From: a phage
Assembly: GCA_013585095.1 (NCBI GenBank)
Contig: GCA_013585095.1_3039.1
Length of the DNA: 64,000 nucleotides
Strand: one strand, 5' to 3'
The notes below the pieces were generated by a model. It made no database searches. It was not told where the DNA came from and worked only from the letters and a program-made list of their open reading frames with translations. A program made the translations under genes and the position numbers. Positions 52,237 through 62,838 of this stretch are shown piece after piece (the first letter of the stretch is position 1; the number at the start of each line of letters is the position of its first letter).

Positions 52237-53696
52237 TTCTTAAAATTCTGAACGAAATAGCATCTATTGGTTCAACTAAGCAGAAGCAAGCAATTCTTGA
52301 AAAGAACAAAGATAATGAATTGCTTAAACGAGTATATCGTCTGACTTATTCTCGTGGGTTACAGTATTATATCAAGAAATGGCCTAAACCTGGTATTGCT
52401 ACCCAGAGTTTTGGAATGTTGACTCTTACCGATATGCTTGACTTCATTGAATTCACGTTAGCTACTCGGAAATTGACCGGAAATGCGGCAATTGAGGAAT
52501 TAACTGGATATATTACTGACGGTAAAAAAGATGATGTTGAAGTTTTGCGTCGGGTGATGATGCGAGACCTTGAATGCGGTGCTTCAGTATCTATTGCAAA
52601 CAAAGTTTGGCCAGGTTTAATTCCTGAACAACCTCAAATGCTGGCAAGTTCTTATGATGAAAAAGGCATTAATAAGAATATCAAATTTCCAGCCTTTGCC
52701 CAATTAAAAGCTGATGGAGCTCGGTGCTTTGCTGAAGTCAGAGGTGATGAATTAGATGATGTTCGTCTTTTATCACGAGCTGGTAATGAATATCTAGGAT
52801 TAGATCTTCTCAAGGAAGAGTTAATCAAAATGACTGCAGAAGCTCGCCAGATTCATCCAGAAGGTGTGTTAATTGATGGCGAATTGGTATACCATGAGCA
52901 AGTTGAAAAGGAACCAGAAGGCCTAGATTTTCTTTTTGATGCTTATCCTGAAATTAGTAAAGCTAAAGAATTCGCTGAAGTAGCTGAATCACGTACTACT
53001 TCTAATGGAATCGCTAATAAATCTTTAAAGGGAACCATTTCTGAAAAAGAAGCACAATGCATGAAGTTTCAGGTCTGGGACTATGTTCCATTAGTAGAAA
53101 TATATGGTCTTCCAGCGTTTCGTTTAAAATATGATGTACGTTTTTCTAAACTAGAACAAATGACATCAGGCTATGATAAAGTAATTTTAATTGAAAACCA
53201 AGTAGTAAATAACCTAGATGAAGCTAAGGTAATTTACAAAAAGTATATTGACCAAGGTCTTGAAGGTATTATTCTCAAAAATATCGATGGATTATGGGAA
53301 AATGCTCGTTCAAAAAATCTTTATAAATTTAAAGAAGTAATTGATGTTGATTTAAAAATTGTAGGAATTTATCCTCACCGTAAAGACCCTACTAAAGCGG
53401 GTGGATTTATTCTTGAGTCAGAGTGTGGAAAAATTAAAGTAAATGCTGGTTCAGGCTTAAAAGATAAAGCCGGTGTAAAATCGCATGAACTTGACCGTAC
53501 TCGCATTATGGAAAACCAAAATTATTATATTGGAAAAATTCTAGAGTGCGAATGCAACGGTTGGTTAAAATCTGATGGCCGCACTGATTACGTTAAATTA
53601 TTTCTTCCGATTGCGATTCGTTTACGTGAAGATAAAACTAAAGCTAATACATTCGAGGATGTATTTGGCGATTTTCATGAGGTAACTGGTTTATGA
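52233..53696 (+). CDS. 30: ATP-dependent DNA ligase
   Basis: 487 aa as in T4; adenylation motif LKADGARCF. Confidence 0.95.
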   Translation: MILKILNEIASIGSTKQKQAILEKNKDNELLKRVYRLTYSRGLQYYIKKWPKPGIATQSFGMLTLTDMLDFIEFTLATRKLTGNAAIEELTGYITDGKKDDVEVLRRVMMRDLECGASVSIANKVWPGLIPEQPQMLASSYDEKGINKNIKFPAFAQLKADGARCFAEVRGDELDDVRLLSRAGNEYLGLDLLKEELIKMTAEARQIHPEGVLIDGELVYHEQVEKEPEGLDFLFDAYPEISKAKEFAEVAESRTTSNGIANKSLKGTISEKEAQCMKFQVWDYVPLVEIYGLPAFRLKYDVRFSKLEQMTSGYDKVILIENQVVNNLDEAKVIYKKYIDQGLEGIILKNIDGLWENARSKNLYKFKEVIDVDLKIVGIYPHRKDPTKAGGFILESECGKIKVNAGSGLKDKAGVKSHELDRTRIMENQNYYIGKILECECNGWLKSDGRTDYVKLFLPIAIRLREDKTKANTFEDVFGDFHEVTGL

Positions 53697-53881
53697 AAGC
53701 TTACTTAGAAACAATTGTCATTGCTCAAAAAGAAGGTGGAGATGTTTCTACTTCTGTATCACAAGTCATTCTCGAATTTGTAGATGCATATGCTTATAAT
53801 AAATTCACAGAAACATTTGATGCTTATGAAAAAGGTCCAAAGTTTGAAATATATCGTACTCTCTTACCAATAGATTATTAA
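53693..53881 (+). CDS. hypothetical protein
   Basis: 62 aa; terminator hairpin follows. Confidence 0.4.
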   Translation: MKAYLETIVIAQKEGGDVSTSVSQVILEFVDAYAYNKFTETFDAYEKGPKFEIYRTLLPIDY

Positions 53882-53900
53882 AGGCCTTCGGGCCTTTAAT
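53881..53900 (+). terminator. UUCG-tetraloop hairpin terminator before the alt late promoter
   Basis: aaggccTTCGggcctt + taatttta. Confidence 0.5.
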
Positions 53901-53902
53901 TT

Positions 53903-53910
53903 TATAAATA
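53903..53910 (+). promoter_or_regulatory. late promoter TATAAATA upstream of alt
   Basis: tataaata about 24 nt upstream of the alt ATG; Alt is a late, virion-packaged protein. Confidence 0.55.
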
Positions 53911-53933
53911 GAATAAACACTAGAGAGGATATG

Positions 53934-56027
53934 ATGGAACTCATTACAGAATTATTTGACGAAGATACTACTCTTCCGATTACAAACTTAAATCCAAAGA
54001 AGAAAATACCACAAATTTTTTCAGTTCATGTTGATGATGCAATTGAACAACCAGGCTTTCGTTTATGTACCTATACATCTGGAGGTGATACTAATCGTGA
54101 TTTAAAGATGGGCGATAAAATGATGCATATTGTTCCTTTTACATTAACTGCTAAAGGTTCAATTGCTAAATTAAAAGGTCTTGGTCCAAGCCCGATTAAT
54201 TATATCAATTCAGTTTTTACTGTTGCAATGCAAACAATGCGTCAATATAAAATTGATGCCTGCATGCTTCGTATTCTTAAGTCTAAAACCGCCGGTCAAG
54301 CTCGACAAATTCAACTTATTGCTGATAGACTCATCCGCAGTCGTTCAGGTGGCAGATACGTCCTTCTTAAGGAACTCTGGGATTACGATAAAAAGTATGC
54401 ATATATTCTTATACATCGTAAAAATGTATCACTAGAAGACATTCCAGGAGTTCCAGAAATTAGCACCGAGCTCTTTACTAAAGTTGAATCGAAGGTCGGT
54501 GATGTTTATATCAATAAAGATAATGGAGCTCAAGTAACTAAAAATGAGGCAATTGCAGCATCTATTGCACAAGAAAATGATAAACGTTCTGACCAAGCTG
54601 TAATCGTTAAAGTTAAAATTTCCCGTAGAGCAATTGCGCAAAGTCAATCATTGGAATCTTCTAGATTTGAAAGTGAATTATTCCAGAAGTATGAATCTAC
54701 AGCAGCTAATTTTAATAAACCTGCTACCGCTCCTTTAATTCCCGAAGCAGAAGAAATGAAGCTTGGAATTAATTCATTAGCTTCTAAAACTAAGGCAGCA
54801 AAAATTATTGCCGAAGGAACTGCAGATGAACTTCACTATGACTATAAATTCTTTTCAAAAAGTGAGGTTGATGAAGTTTCAGAAAAAATTAAAGATGTAA
54901 TTCTTAATGCGATTAAAAATGAACCAACTACTTCAATAAAATGTTTAGAGAAATACGCAGCAGCTGTTAATCAACTCTTTGAAGAATATAAAGATAATTG
55001 GCTTGATAAACATAATAAAACTCGTAAAGGGCAGCCAGATGAAGTCTGGGAAGAAATGACTAAAAATTCCTGGAACGCAGCAAAAACTAAATTCCTCAAA
55101 AGAATGATTTATAGTTTTTCTGGAATTGGTGCAGGTCCAATGATTGATATTACTATTGCCCGTGATGGTTCTAAATATACTCCATCACAAAAGCGCGGCA
55201 TTAGAGAGTATTGTGGATCAGGATATACTGACATTAATAATCTTCTTTTAGGTCGTTACAATCCAGAACGATATGATGTAATGAGTGAAAAAGAAATTGA
55301 ATCTGCTATAAATAATTTAGATTCAGCTTTTGAAAATGGTGACCGCATACCGGAAGGCATTACAGTTTATCGTGCTCAAAGTATGACTGCTCCTATATAC
55401 GAAGCACTAGTTAAAAATAAAGTATTCTATTTCAGAAATTTTGTATCTACTTCTTTAACTCCTATCATTTTTGGACGTTTTGGAATTACACATGCTGGTA
55501 TTGGTCTTTTAGAACCAGAAGCTCGCAATGAATTAACAGTTGATAAAAATGAAGAAGGAATAACTATTAATCCAAGCGAAATAAGAGCGTATAAAGAAAA
55601 TCCTGAATACGTTAAAGTTCAAATAGGATGGGCAATTGATGGAGCTCATAAAGTTAATGTTGTATATCCAGGAAGTCTCGGAATAGCAACCGAAGCTGAA
55701 GTTATTCTACCACGCGGATTGATGGTCAAAGTTAATAAAATAACTGATGCTTCTAATAACGACGGAACAACATCTAATAATACAAAACTCATTCAAGCTG
55801 AAGTTATGACTACGGAAGAACTCACCGAATCCGTAATTTATGACGGTGACCGTCTAATGGAAACCGGCGAAGTAGTTGCAATGACAGGTGATATTGAAAT
55901 AGAAGACAGAGTTGACTTTGCATCATTTGTTTCATCAAATGTTAAACAAAAAGTAGAATCATCTCTTGGAATTATTGCATCTTGCATAGATATTGCAAAC
56001 ATGCCTTACAAGTTCGTTCAAGGATAA
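53934..56027 (+). CDS. alt: Alt ADP-ribosyltransferase (copy 1)
   Basis: N-terminus MELITELFDEDTTLPITNLNPKKKIPQIF matches remembered T4 Alt; R (VYRAQS), STS (FVSTSL), ExE (ATEAEVILPRG); late promoter upstream. Confidence 0.85.
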   Translation: MELITELFDEDTTLPITNLNPKKKIPQIFSVHVDDAIEQPGFRLCTYTSGGDTNRDLKMGDKMMHIVPFTLTAKGSIAKLKGLGPSPINYINSVFTVAMQTMRQYKIDACMLRILKSKTAGQARQIQLIADRLIRSRSGGRYVLLKELWDYDKKYAYILIHRKNVSLEDIPGVPEISTELFTKVESKVGDVYINKDNGAQVTKNEAIAASIAQENDKRSDQAVIVKVKISRRAIAQSQSLESSRFESELFQKYESTAANFNKPATAPLIPEAEEMKLGINSLASKTKAAKIIAEGTADELHYDYKFFSKSEVDEVSEKIKDVILNAIKNEPTTSIKCLEKYAAAVNQLFEEYKDNWLDKHNKTRKGQPDEVWEEMTKNSWNAAKTKFLKRMIYSFSGIGAGPMIDITIARDGSKYTPSQKRGIREYCGSGYTDINNLLLGRYNPERYDVMSEKEIESAINNLDSAFENGDRIPEGITVYRAQSMTAPIYEALVKNKVFYFRNFVSTSLTPIIFGRFGITHAGIGLLEPEARNELTVDKNEEGITINPSEIRAYKENPEYVKVQIGWAIDGAHKVNVVYPGSLGIATEAEVILPRGLMVKVNKITDASNNDGTTSNNTKLIQAEVMTTEELTESVIYDGDRLMETGEVVAMTGDIEIEDRVDFASFVSSNVKQKVESSLGIIASCIDIANMPYKFVQG

Positions 56028-56030
56028 ATC

Positions 56031-58088
56031 ATGGAACTTATTACAGAATTATTTGACGGCGCTTCGGCGCCGGTTGTTAACTTAAATCCTAAGCATAAAA
56101 TACCACAAATTTTTGCTATTCAAGCCGGCGAAGAAAGTGTGCTTCCTGGATTTAGATTTTGTACATACACCTCTGGCGGTGATACAAATAAAAACGTTAA
56201 GCCAGGCGACAAAATGATGCATATCGTAATGATAGGTGTCAACGAGAAATTATCGCTGGTTAAGCTTAGAAACTTGGGTGGAAATCCAATTGGCGTCATT
56301 AATGCTGTTTTTGATACTGCTCTTCAAACAATGAAACAGTATAAAATTGACGCATGCCTATTCCGCGTACTAAAAAGTAAAACAAATGGCGCTGCTCGTC
56401 AAATGCAAGTTATTGCTGACCGTTTAGTACGTACTAAAGGAGCAGGTCGATATGTTCTTTTAAAGGAAATCTGGGATTATGATAAAAAGTACGCATATAT
56501 TATGGTTTACCGTAAAAATGCCAATTTAGAAGACATTCCAGGTGTACCTCCTATTTCAACTGAGTTATTCACAAAAGTTGAATCAAAGGTTGGTGATGTT
56601 TATGTAGACGTTAAAACAGGTAATGCTGTTCCTAAAGCTGTCGCTGTTGCTGCTTCTATTGCTTTAGAAAATGATAAGCGCACTGATCAAGCTGTTATTC
56701 AGAAAACTAAAATTAGTCGTCGATTAGCAGCACAAGCTCAATATTCTACTGTCGATGCTTCACTTCAGGGTGATAGCTTCGCTGCCAAGAAATATCAAGA
56801 GTTTGAATCTAAAGTTCCGGTATATAAAGCAGAAGGACCAATGAACTCCGGGGTTATCCAGATTGGTTCAAACTTTAGCAAAGGAGCTATCGGTGGTATG
56901 AGAAGTGCTTCTCGTTTTAAATCTAACGATTATGAACTAGAAAACTTCCGAAATCATATTGCATTAGCACATGCACGTTTACGTGATCCATCTATCAAGT
57001 TGCAGAGCGATATAACATATCAAGGTTCTCAAGAATATTTAAAGAATAAAGAATTCTTTGATTATAAAACTGATAAAATTTTAAGCGATCTTGCTGACAT
57101 TAATATTTCTAATAGCTTTGATGTTATTAAGAAAATTATCAATGATTTAGTTAAAGGTTCTAAAGCTACACCAGATGAAAAGACAGCTATTATTCAATTT
57201 GTCATGAATGGCATTTATAAATTGATTAATGAATCTGCCGCTCAGGCATATGAATATGCAAGTACTGAAGTAACTCCAAAAGGATTAACTCAGGCTGAGT
57301 CTGATGTAATTGAAGATTATTGTGCAGATTCATATGTTGAAATGAACTCGTTCCTTTTGGGTAAACCAGATTCTACCCGTGAAGAATATATGGAACGAGC
57401 TATTAAACATATTGAGACTCTTGATTCTGCATTCGCTAAAGGTTCAGTTCTTCCTCCAGGAACTACACTTTACCGTGGACAAGAAGTTACCTTTAAAACT
57501 TTGCGTCATAACATTGAAAATAAAATGTTCTATTTCAAGAACTTCGTATCCACATCGCTTAAACCAAATATCTTCGGTGAGCATGGTAAAAACTATATGG
57601 CTCTAGATGATTCCGGCGCAGTATTTTCTGGCGAAGGAGAAGGTTCCGTTGATGCAGAAGATTTGATGCATATGGGTAGTCATTCTACATATGCTAATGA
57701 AGATGCTGAAACTAGCGTGGGTATGGTAATTAAAGGAGCTGAGCGAATCAAAGTTATCGTTCCAGGTCATTTATCAGGATTTCCATCAGAAGCTGAAGTT
57801 ATTCTACCGCGTGGAATTTTACTGAAGATTAATAAAGTGAGCACGTACTTTATGAAAGAAACTGCTTATAACAAGTATCTAATAGAAGGTACAATCGTTC
57901 CTCCTTCTGAACAATTAGAGGAATCGGTATATGATGGCGACCATCTAATGGAAACTGGTGAAGTTCGTCCAATGGCTGGATTTAATCAATTCCTTGTAGA
58001 AGAATCAAAAGAAGAGGAAAACGAAGTTTCTCAAATCTTGGCTTCTTTGGTTAACATCAACGGAATGTCTAAAAAGTTCAAAATGTAG
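56031..58088 (+). CDS. Alt-like ADP-ribosyltransferase paralog (copy 2)
   Basis: 685 aa; shared N- and C-termini with copy 1, divergent middle; YRGQE, FVSTSL, PSEAEVILPRG. Confidence 0.8.
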   Translation: MELITELFDGASAPVVNLNPKHKIPQIFAIQAGEESVLPGFRFCTYTSGGDTNKNVKPGDKMMHIVMIGVNEKLSLVKLRNLGGNPIGVINAVFDTALQTMKQYKIDACLFRVLKSKTNGAARQMQVIADRLVRTKGAGRYVLLKEIWDYDKKYAYIMVYRKNANLEDIPGVPPISTELFTKVESKVGDVYVDVKTGNAVPKAVAVAASIALENDKRTDQAVIQKTKISRRLAAQAQYSTVDASLQGDSFAAKKYQEFESKVPVYKAEGPMNSGVIQIGSNFSKGAIGGMRSASRFKSNDYELENFRNHIALAHARLRDPSIKLQSDITYQGSQEYLKNKEFFDYKTDKILSDLADINISNSFDVIKKIINDLVKGSKATPDEKTAIIQFVMNGIYKLINESAAQAYEYASTEVTPKGLTQAESDVIEDYCADSYVEMNSFLLGKPDSTREEYMERAIKHIETLDSAFAKGSVLPPGTTLYRGQEVTFKTLRHNIENKMFYFKNFVSTSLKPNIFGEHGKNYMALDDSGAVFSGEGEGSVDAEDLMHMGSHSTYANEDAETSVGMVIKGAERIKVIVPGHLSGFPSEAEVILPRGILLKINKVSTYFMKETAYNKYLIEGTIVPPSEQLEESVYDGDHLMETGEVRPMAGFNQFLVEESKEEENEVSQILASLVNINGMSKKFKM

Positions 58089-58142
58089 TTTACAAGTCCC
58101 TCGTGTTGTGTTATAGTAGTCTTACTGACATAACATGAGGAA
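58088..58142 (+). promoter_or_regulatory. early promoter plus 5'UTR hairpin cassette (repeat copy B)
   Basis: gtttacaagtccctcgtgttgtgttatagtagtcttactgacataacatgagga. Confidence 0.6.
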
Positions 58143-58148
58143 CACAAA

Positions 58149-58439
58149 ATGAAATCTTCTTTGCGCTTTTTAGGTCAAGAACTTGTAGTTGAAGGCGTTA
58201 TTCCTGCTGATAATGCTTTTAATGAAGCAGTTTACGATGAATTTATCAAAATTTTTGGAACAGATAAAAAGTTCGGAATTTTTCCTTCTGAAAATTTTTC
58301 AAAGCCAGAACAGACTGAAAGTATTTTCCAAGGTGTAGTAACAGGTAAATTTGAGTCAGAAGCTCCGGTAAAAATTGAGGTTTATATTGAAGACAGTTTA
58401 GTTGCTTCAGTTGCTGCTTTTATTTCATTCCGTAAATAA
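58149..58439 (+). CDS. hypothetical protein
   Basis: 96 aa; preceded by repeated promoter cassette; hairpin follows. Confidence 0.45.
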   Translation: MKSSLRFLGQELVVEGVIPADNAFNEAVYDEFIKIFGTDKKFGIFPSENFSKPEQTESIFQGVVTGKFESEAPVKIEVYIEDSLVASVAAFISFRK

Positions 58440-58445
58440 AAATAT

Positions 58446-58467
58446 GGGGACCTTTCGGTCCCCATTG
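58446..58467. terminator. terminator hairpin between convergent units (strongest for the - strand gp54 operon)
   Basis: ggggacctttcggtcccc; on the - strand followed by AUAUUUUUAUUU. Confidence 0.6.
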
Positions 58468-59433
58468 TTATATTGCTCCTAATATTTTACTTTGCGAATT
58501 GACAATTCCTGTCATAGTATTAATGTTTGAAATGCTTCCTGCAGTTCCCCCTAATCTACTGAGTCGTGAAAGCGAATTAGATAGTCCAGTAACACCTCCA
58601 CTATTTCCGAGAACGCTTTGAATACCATTTATAGCAGCAGATTCAAGCCATTCAAGCGCAGCTTGCCTATCAACTGCTCCAGCCTGCATCACTCTATACG
58701 CAAAAGTAACATCAAATGTAGTTATTTGGTTATCTCCATCATATGATAACTCAGGAGCGCTCACTGACACTGGAATGCATCCGGTGAACATCACCGCAGT
58801 ATGAGGCAATCCATTACGAGAATGAAGATTAACCTGAATATCTGCCTCGACATCTTGCGGTAAAGCGCGTAATCCAGTTACTGGGTCTTGAACGGAGTTA
58901 ACCCAGTCTTGCATTGCACGATAGTTACAAGCTTCTGAATCCATTCTAAATGAAATAACCAAAGGGTCTAATTCTCTCCCGGTTATGCGAATATTAGGAG
59001 AATTGTAGTTCCAGTCAGTTTCATAGGATAATCTATTCTCTGGCATTTTTACAGAATATATCATCAATCCAGATGAATTATATGCCATATTAAAGAAGTC
59101 AATTAAATATGTACCAACTGTAAATGAGCCCAATAAACTTTGAACTGTACGTTGACTCATGGCACCAATAAGATATTTACTAACCCCTGATTTTCTTATC
59201 AGTTTTTGTGTGCCAGCAGTAATTAGCGTGGTAATTCCCTGATTAATATCGCCTTGAGACAATCCTAACCAGTCTGAATTTAGACCCAAGTTATTATAAG
59301 AAAAGTTGCTAATTGAACTTATCAACGAAGAGCTTTTAGTTGATGGAGTTGTCGCAAAAACGCAGCTAAACATATTATTACGTTGGAAATCTGCGTTTAT
59401 TGCTTGATTATTAAATTCCTCTAAAGAATACAT
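58468..59433 (-). CDS. 54: baseplate tail-tube initiator gp54
   Basis: 321 aa; position in 27-28-29-48-54 hub block. Confidence 0.8.
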   Translation of the reverse strand: MYSLEEFNNQAINADFQRNNMFSCVFATTPSTKSSSLISSISNFSYNNLGLNSDWLGLSQGDINQGITTLITAGTQKLIRKSGVSKYLIGAMSQRTVQSLLGSFTVGTYLIDFFNMAYNSSGLMIYSVKMPENRLSYETDWNYNSPNIRITGRELDPLVISFRMDSEACNYRAMQDWVNSVQDPVTGLRALPQDVEADIQVNLHSRNGLPHTAVMFTGCIPVSVSAPELSYDGDNQITTFDVTFAYRVMQAGAVDRQAALEWLESAAINGIQSVLGNSGGVTGLSNSLSRLSRLGGTAGSISNINTMTGIVNSQSKILGAI

Positions 59434-60527
59434 TAAAAAGTCCCCGCATATAAAGAAGCACGGTTTAACGTGATAATTTCTCTCATAGTAATCTCAAGAG
59501 TAAATGTACTAGGGAGGTTTGGAGCAATAGCTAATCCGTTAAAGTTACCATTAGGCGTTTTATCAAATCTGATGCTCTGTATTTGGCACGGGCCAAATAT
59601 TTCCGTTTTTCCATCAAACTTAGATGTTGCACCAAAGTTTTTCACCATCCAAATTGTCGGGTTTGAAACTACTAGAACGTTAGTTAAACTCGATGTCATT
59701 TTCTCAAATAGTGTTTTATTTTTAGCTGCGTCTTCCGGAGATAAAGGTTCAATTAACGTAGAACGATACCAATCATCTAAATACCCCTTTATTTCAGCAG
59801 CATATTGAGATTTACCCGTTTCACCATAAGAAAAATAGTTAAAATATTGATAGATATTAATAATAGCCATTAAATCTTCTGTTGAACGTGGCGTCAAATC
59901 CCATGTAAACACTTTAGTTCTATTCTCAGCACCGCCATACATACTTCTAGCTGTCGTATAAATCTGTTCATTATTATCAGCCATTATACCTTGTGTTATA
60001 CTTTCCAGTGCCCCAAATACTGCAGTTGAAGCAATATTACTTAACACACCAGTAGCAGTACCTCCGCCTCTGCTGATAAGACTTTCTTGAACATCGTTAA
60101 ATCTATGTGATGACGTATCAACGTCAGATTTAGATCTCGGTAAAAGAATGTTTGCGACAGGAGCTTTACTTATTGTTCCTGAATTATTGTTGGATATTAA
60201 TCCATTTGATAGTTTTGATACTGTACTACTAATAGTGTTTCTAGCTGTACTTAAAATACTCGAAGATGAAGAAGAGTAGTTAGATCTCATCGATCTAAGA
60301 CTTCCAGAATCCCTAGATGACATATTGTATGCAGTAAATAATAATCCATTCTTATATAGATCTGTTACCTGGAAGTCCCCTGTAGTGTCATTACCACTAG
60401 CACGCCCAGTTGGAAACTGGGCAGTGTATGTTTTAGTTACTACTTCTGATTTAGTACTCTGTCCGGCTGAAATTTTCTCACCGGACTTTTTAATTAAATC
60501 AGCAGTTATTTCTTTAACAATTGCCAT
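59433..60527 (-). CDS. 48: baseplate tail-tube junction protein gp48
   Basis: 364 aa as in T4; position. Confidence 0.8.
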   Translation of the reverse strand: MAIVKEITADLIKKSGEKISAGQSTKSEVVTKTYTAQFPTGRASGNDTTGDFQVTDLYKNGLLFTAYNMSSRDSGSLRSMRSNYSSSSSSILSTARNTISSTVSKLSNGLISNNNSGTISKAPVANILLPRSKSDVDTSSHRFNDVQESLISRGGGTATGVLSNIASTAVFGALESITQGIMADNNEQIYTTARSMYGGAENRTKVFTWDLTPRSTEDLMAIINIYQYFNYFSYGETGKSQYAAEIKGYLDDWYRSTLIEPLSPEDAAKNKTLFEKMTSSLTNVLVVSNPTIWMVKNFGATSKFDGKTEIFGPCQIQSIRFDKTPNGNFNGLAIAPNLPSTFTLEITMREIITLNRASLYAGTF

Positions 60528-60535
60528 ATTATTCC

Positions 60536-62308
60536 TTAATTAACTCCAGTCGCATCAAATACACCAGGAGCAGTCGTGCTCGTTACGGGTGTCATATTAT
60601 GAACGACAGTATTTTTCTTAACAACATTATTAGTATTATTGATCGAAGGAGATGCTTGTTGAACAGGAGCTTGCTGTGCTTTGTTCTTTTCTATTACCTG
60701 GACTTGTTTTGCTTCTGGCGATTTAGCAGAAGTTTCAGGTTTGGCATTAGGCTGATTTTTCTTGAGCTCTTGATAAGTAGCATCAATTTTAGAAAATCTA
60801 GCAGCAAGTTCTTTTTTAACTGCCGGTGAATTATTTAAATCCGGGTCATCCATCCGTTTTTTAAGGTCTTCATAGGCAGCTTCAACTGATTTAACCGTTG
60901 AGTCTTTACTCATATCAGCCGAATCAGCGTATTTTTCAAAACGAATCATCGCGGCCCGAGCTTCATTAGCCTTCATTAAAGCATTTTTTCTTTCTTCTGG
61001 TGAAAGTTGCTTTAATTTTTCTTCTTCTGCTGCACGTTCTTCGTCGGTAGTTAGTGCTTCTTTATTATCAACGCCACGAATCCAGTTAGATGCACGAGTT
61101 TTCCAATTAGCAATTTTATCTAATCCTTTTGCTATCGGACCAAGGTCTCCGTTCATTCGTTTATCTTGATAATTTGCAACTTTTTCCTGGTCTTCTTTAT
61201 TGAGAGATGCTCCAGTAGAATTTTGGAAATTTTCTAGTGCTCTTCCTTCTACTTCATCAGCGGTATCCTTCATGCCAGGAATGACTCGAAGAATTGCAGC
61301 AGATAATTTAGCCATTCCAAGCTGAATAAGTTCTCCTAAATTATAAAGAACCTTTCCAAGCCCTTCTACAATAGCTACCGTCAAACCGCCCCAATCTCCC
61401 TCTTCCCAGAATTTTTTAATTTCATCAATAGAACTAAAGATGCTCTGTAATAAAGGACCCCATGTTCCTGTTTCACTAGAGAATTTAGTAAAGTTTGAAC
61501 TAAACAAATCCCAAGCCTGTGAAAATTTATCTGACCAATATTTGAAATGAACCATCAACAGGTCTATTCCGACAACAACAGCCAATATCATTGCTGTCAT
61601 TTTAGCAGCTTCAATAGCAGCACTGACGGTATACTTAAATAGCATGCTTGATATTTTATCAGTAATTGAAATAGATTTCTTAAATCCGAAATCAACAGTC
61701 TTTGTTAATTTATCTAAAGCTTGAGATAATTTTAAGTTAAATGCGTCTTTTTTCTGTTTTTCTTCTGGCGATTCTTGTTTAGGTTCAACTGGCTGAGGGG
61801 TAGGGAAAAAATCAGCATCAGGATCATTATTAACTGCTTCAGGAGCCGGTAATAAAGGACCCACAGATTCAGCTGTATCGTCCTCAACAACTTTAACAGG
61901 AATAGCGCTTTCAACCGTAGCTAAACTAGTTCCTGTTTGTTGAATTCCAGCTGTCTGAATTTTTTGCTCGAGTAAACTCGTTAATTTATCTAATTTACTT
62001 CCGAGCGATTCACCGATTTCTTTATTAATATTATTGCCAATTTCGACAGTTTCAGCAATTAACTCAGAACCAGCAGTAGTATCACTCACTGCGCTTTCTA
62101 CATTGTCAATTGCTCCAATTATTTCATTCGATTTTTCTTCGACAGTTTGAGCAATTAATTCAGAAGCAGCTTGAGCATCATCCAATTTCGTAGATATATC
62201 GTTAAGTCCAGATAAAGTGTTAGAAGCGGATTTAGCCGCTTCCTGTGTTGGTTTATTATCTGAAATAACTTTTCTACGCATCGTTTGCATTTCTTGTGGC
62301 TTTTTCAT
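60536..62308 (-). CDS. 29: baseplate hub / tail length determinant gp29
   Basis: 590 aa as in T4; extended helical region with TM-like segment. Confidence 0.85.
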   Translation of the reverse strand: MKKPQEMQTMRRKVISDNKPTQEAAKSASNTLSGLNDISTKLDDAQAASELIAQTVEEKSNEIIGAIDNVESAVSDTTAGSELIAETVEIGNNINKEIGESLGSKLDKLTSLLEQKIQTAGIQQTGTSLATVESAIPVKVVEDDTAESVGPLLPAPEAVNNDPDADFFPTPQPVEPKQESPEEKQKKDAFNLKLSQALDKLTKTVDFGFKKSISITDKISSMLFKYTVSAAIEAAKMTAMILAVVVGIDLLMVHFKYWSDKFSQAWDLFSSNFTKFSSETGTWGPLLQSIFSSIDEIKKFWEEGDWGGLTVAIVEGLGKVLYNLGELIQLGMAKLSAAILRVIPGMKDTADEVEGRALENFQNSTGASLNKEDQEKVANYQDKRMNGDLGPIAKGLDKIANWKTRASNWIRGVDNKEALTTDEERAAEEEKLKQLSPEERKNALMKANEARAAMIRFEKYADSADMSKDSTVKSVEAAYEDLKKRMDDPDLNNSPAVKKELAARFSKIDATYQELKKNQPNAKPETSAKSPEAKQVQVIEKNKAQQAPVQQASPSINNTNNVVKKNTVVHNMTPVTSTTAPGVFDATGVN

Positions 62309-62838
62309 TCAAATAATCCAATAATATTGCCAATTCCGGTTATTGGACCATTAGGGCCAGGAATTGCTAAAGTTGTAAAAATATCATTTGCCCATTTTAA
62401 AACGAATGCTGGCATCTCAAGAAAATTAATTTCTTTAACTTCATCATTGACCTTAAGCAAGCATTTGGATAACATATCGCTCACAGTTAAAAATTGTTCA
62501 AATTTTCCAGGCGGTCTAAAATAAAATGTATTTCCTTGGTATTGAAATTCTAATCTTTGGCATACATAAACATCATTAATGTCATAAGTATAACCATCTA
62601 TTTCTTTACGAGATTTAATCTTTCCATTAAATTCTAATAAATGAATGGAAACGAAATCAACTTCTGCCGGTGATAAATTCGGACAAATAGAATCAATAAG
62701 AAGTTTTAAATTTTCATCAGGACCTTTAACATCTTTTAAAATGTTATAATGTTTAAGACCCATTTTAGGAATAGAAACTTCTTTATTGCTTATTGGAAGA
62801 ACTACTTTCTTCAGTGGTAGTATCAGATTTAAATTCAT
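62305..62838 (-). CDS. 28: baseplate hub distal subunit gp28
   Basis: 177 aa as in T4; position. Confidence 0.75.
   Translation of the reverse strand: MNLNLILPLKKVVLPISNKEVSIPKMGLKHYNILKDVKGPDENLKLLIDSICPNLSPAEVDFVSIHLLEFNGKIKSRKEIDGYTYDINDVYVCQRLEFQYQGNTFYFRPPGKFEQFLTVSDMLSKCLLKVNDEVKEINFLEMPAFVLKWANDIFTTLAIPGPNGPITGIGNIIGLFE

Noticed and set aside
54181-54435. Internal out-of-frame ORFs within the alt genes (also 57379..57606)
   Set aside because: Embedded in strongly supported alt coding sequence; no independent start signals
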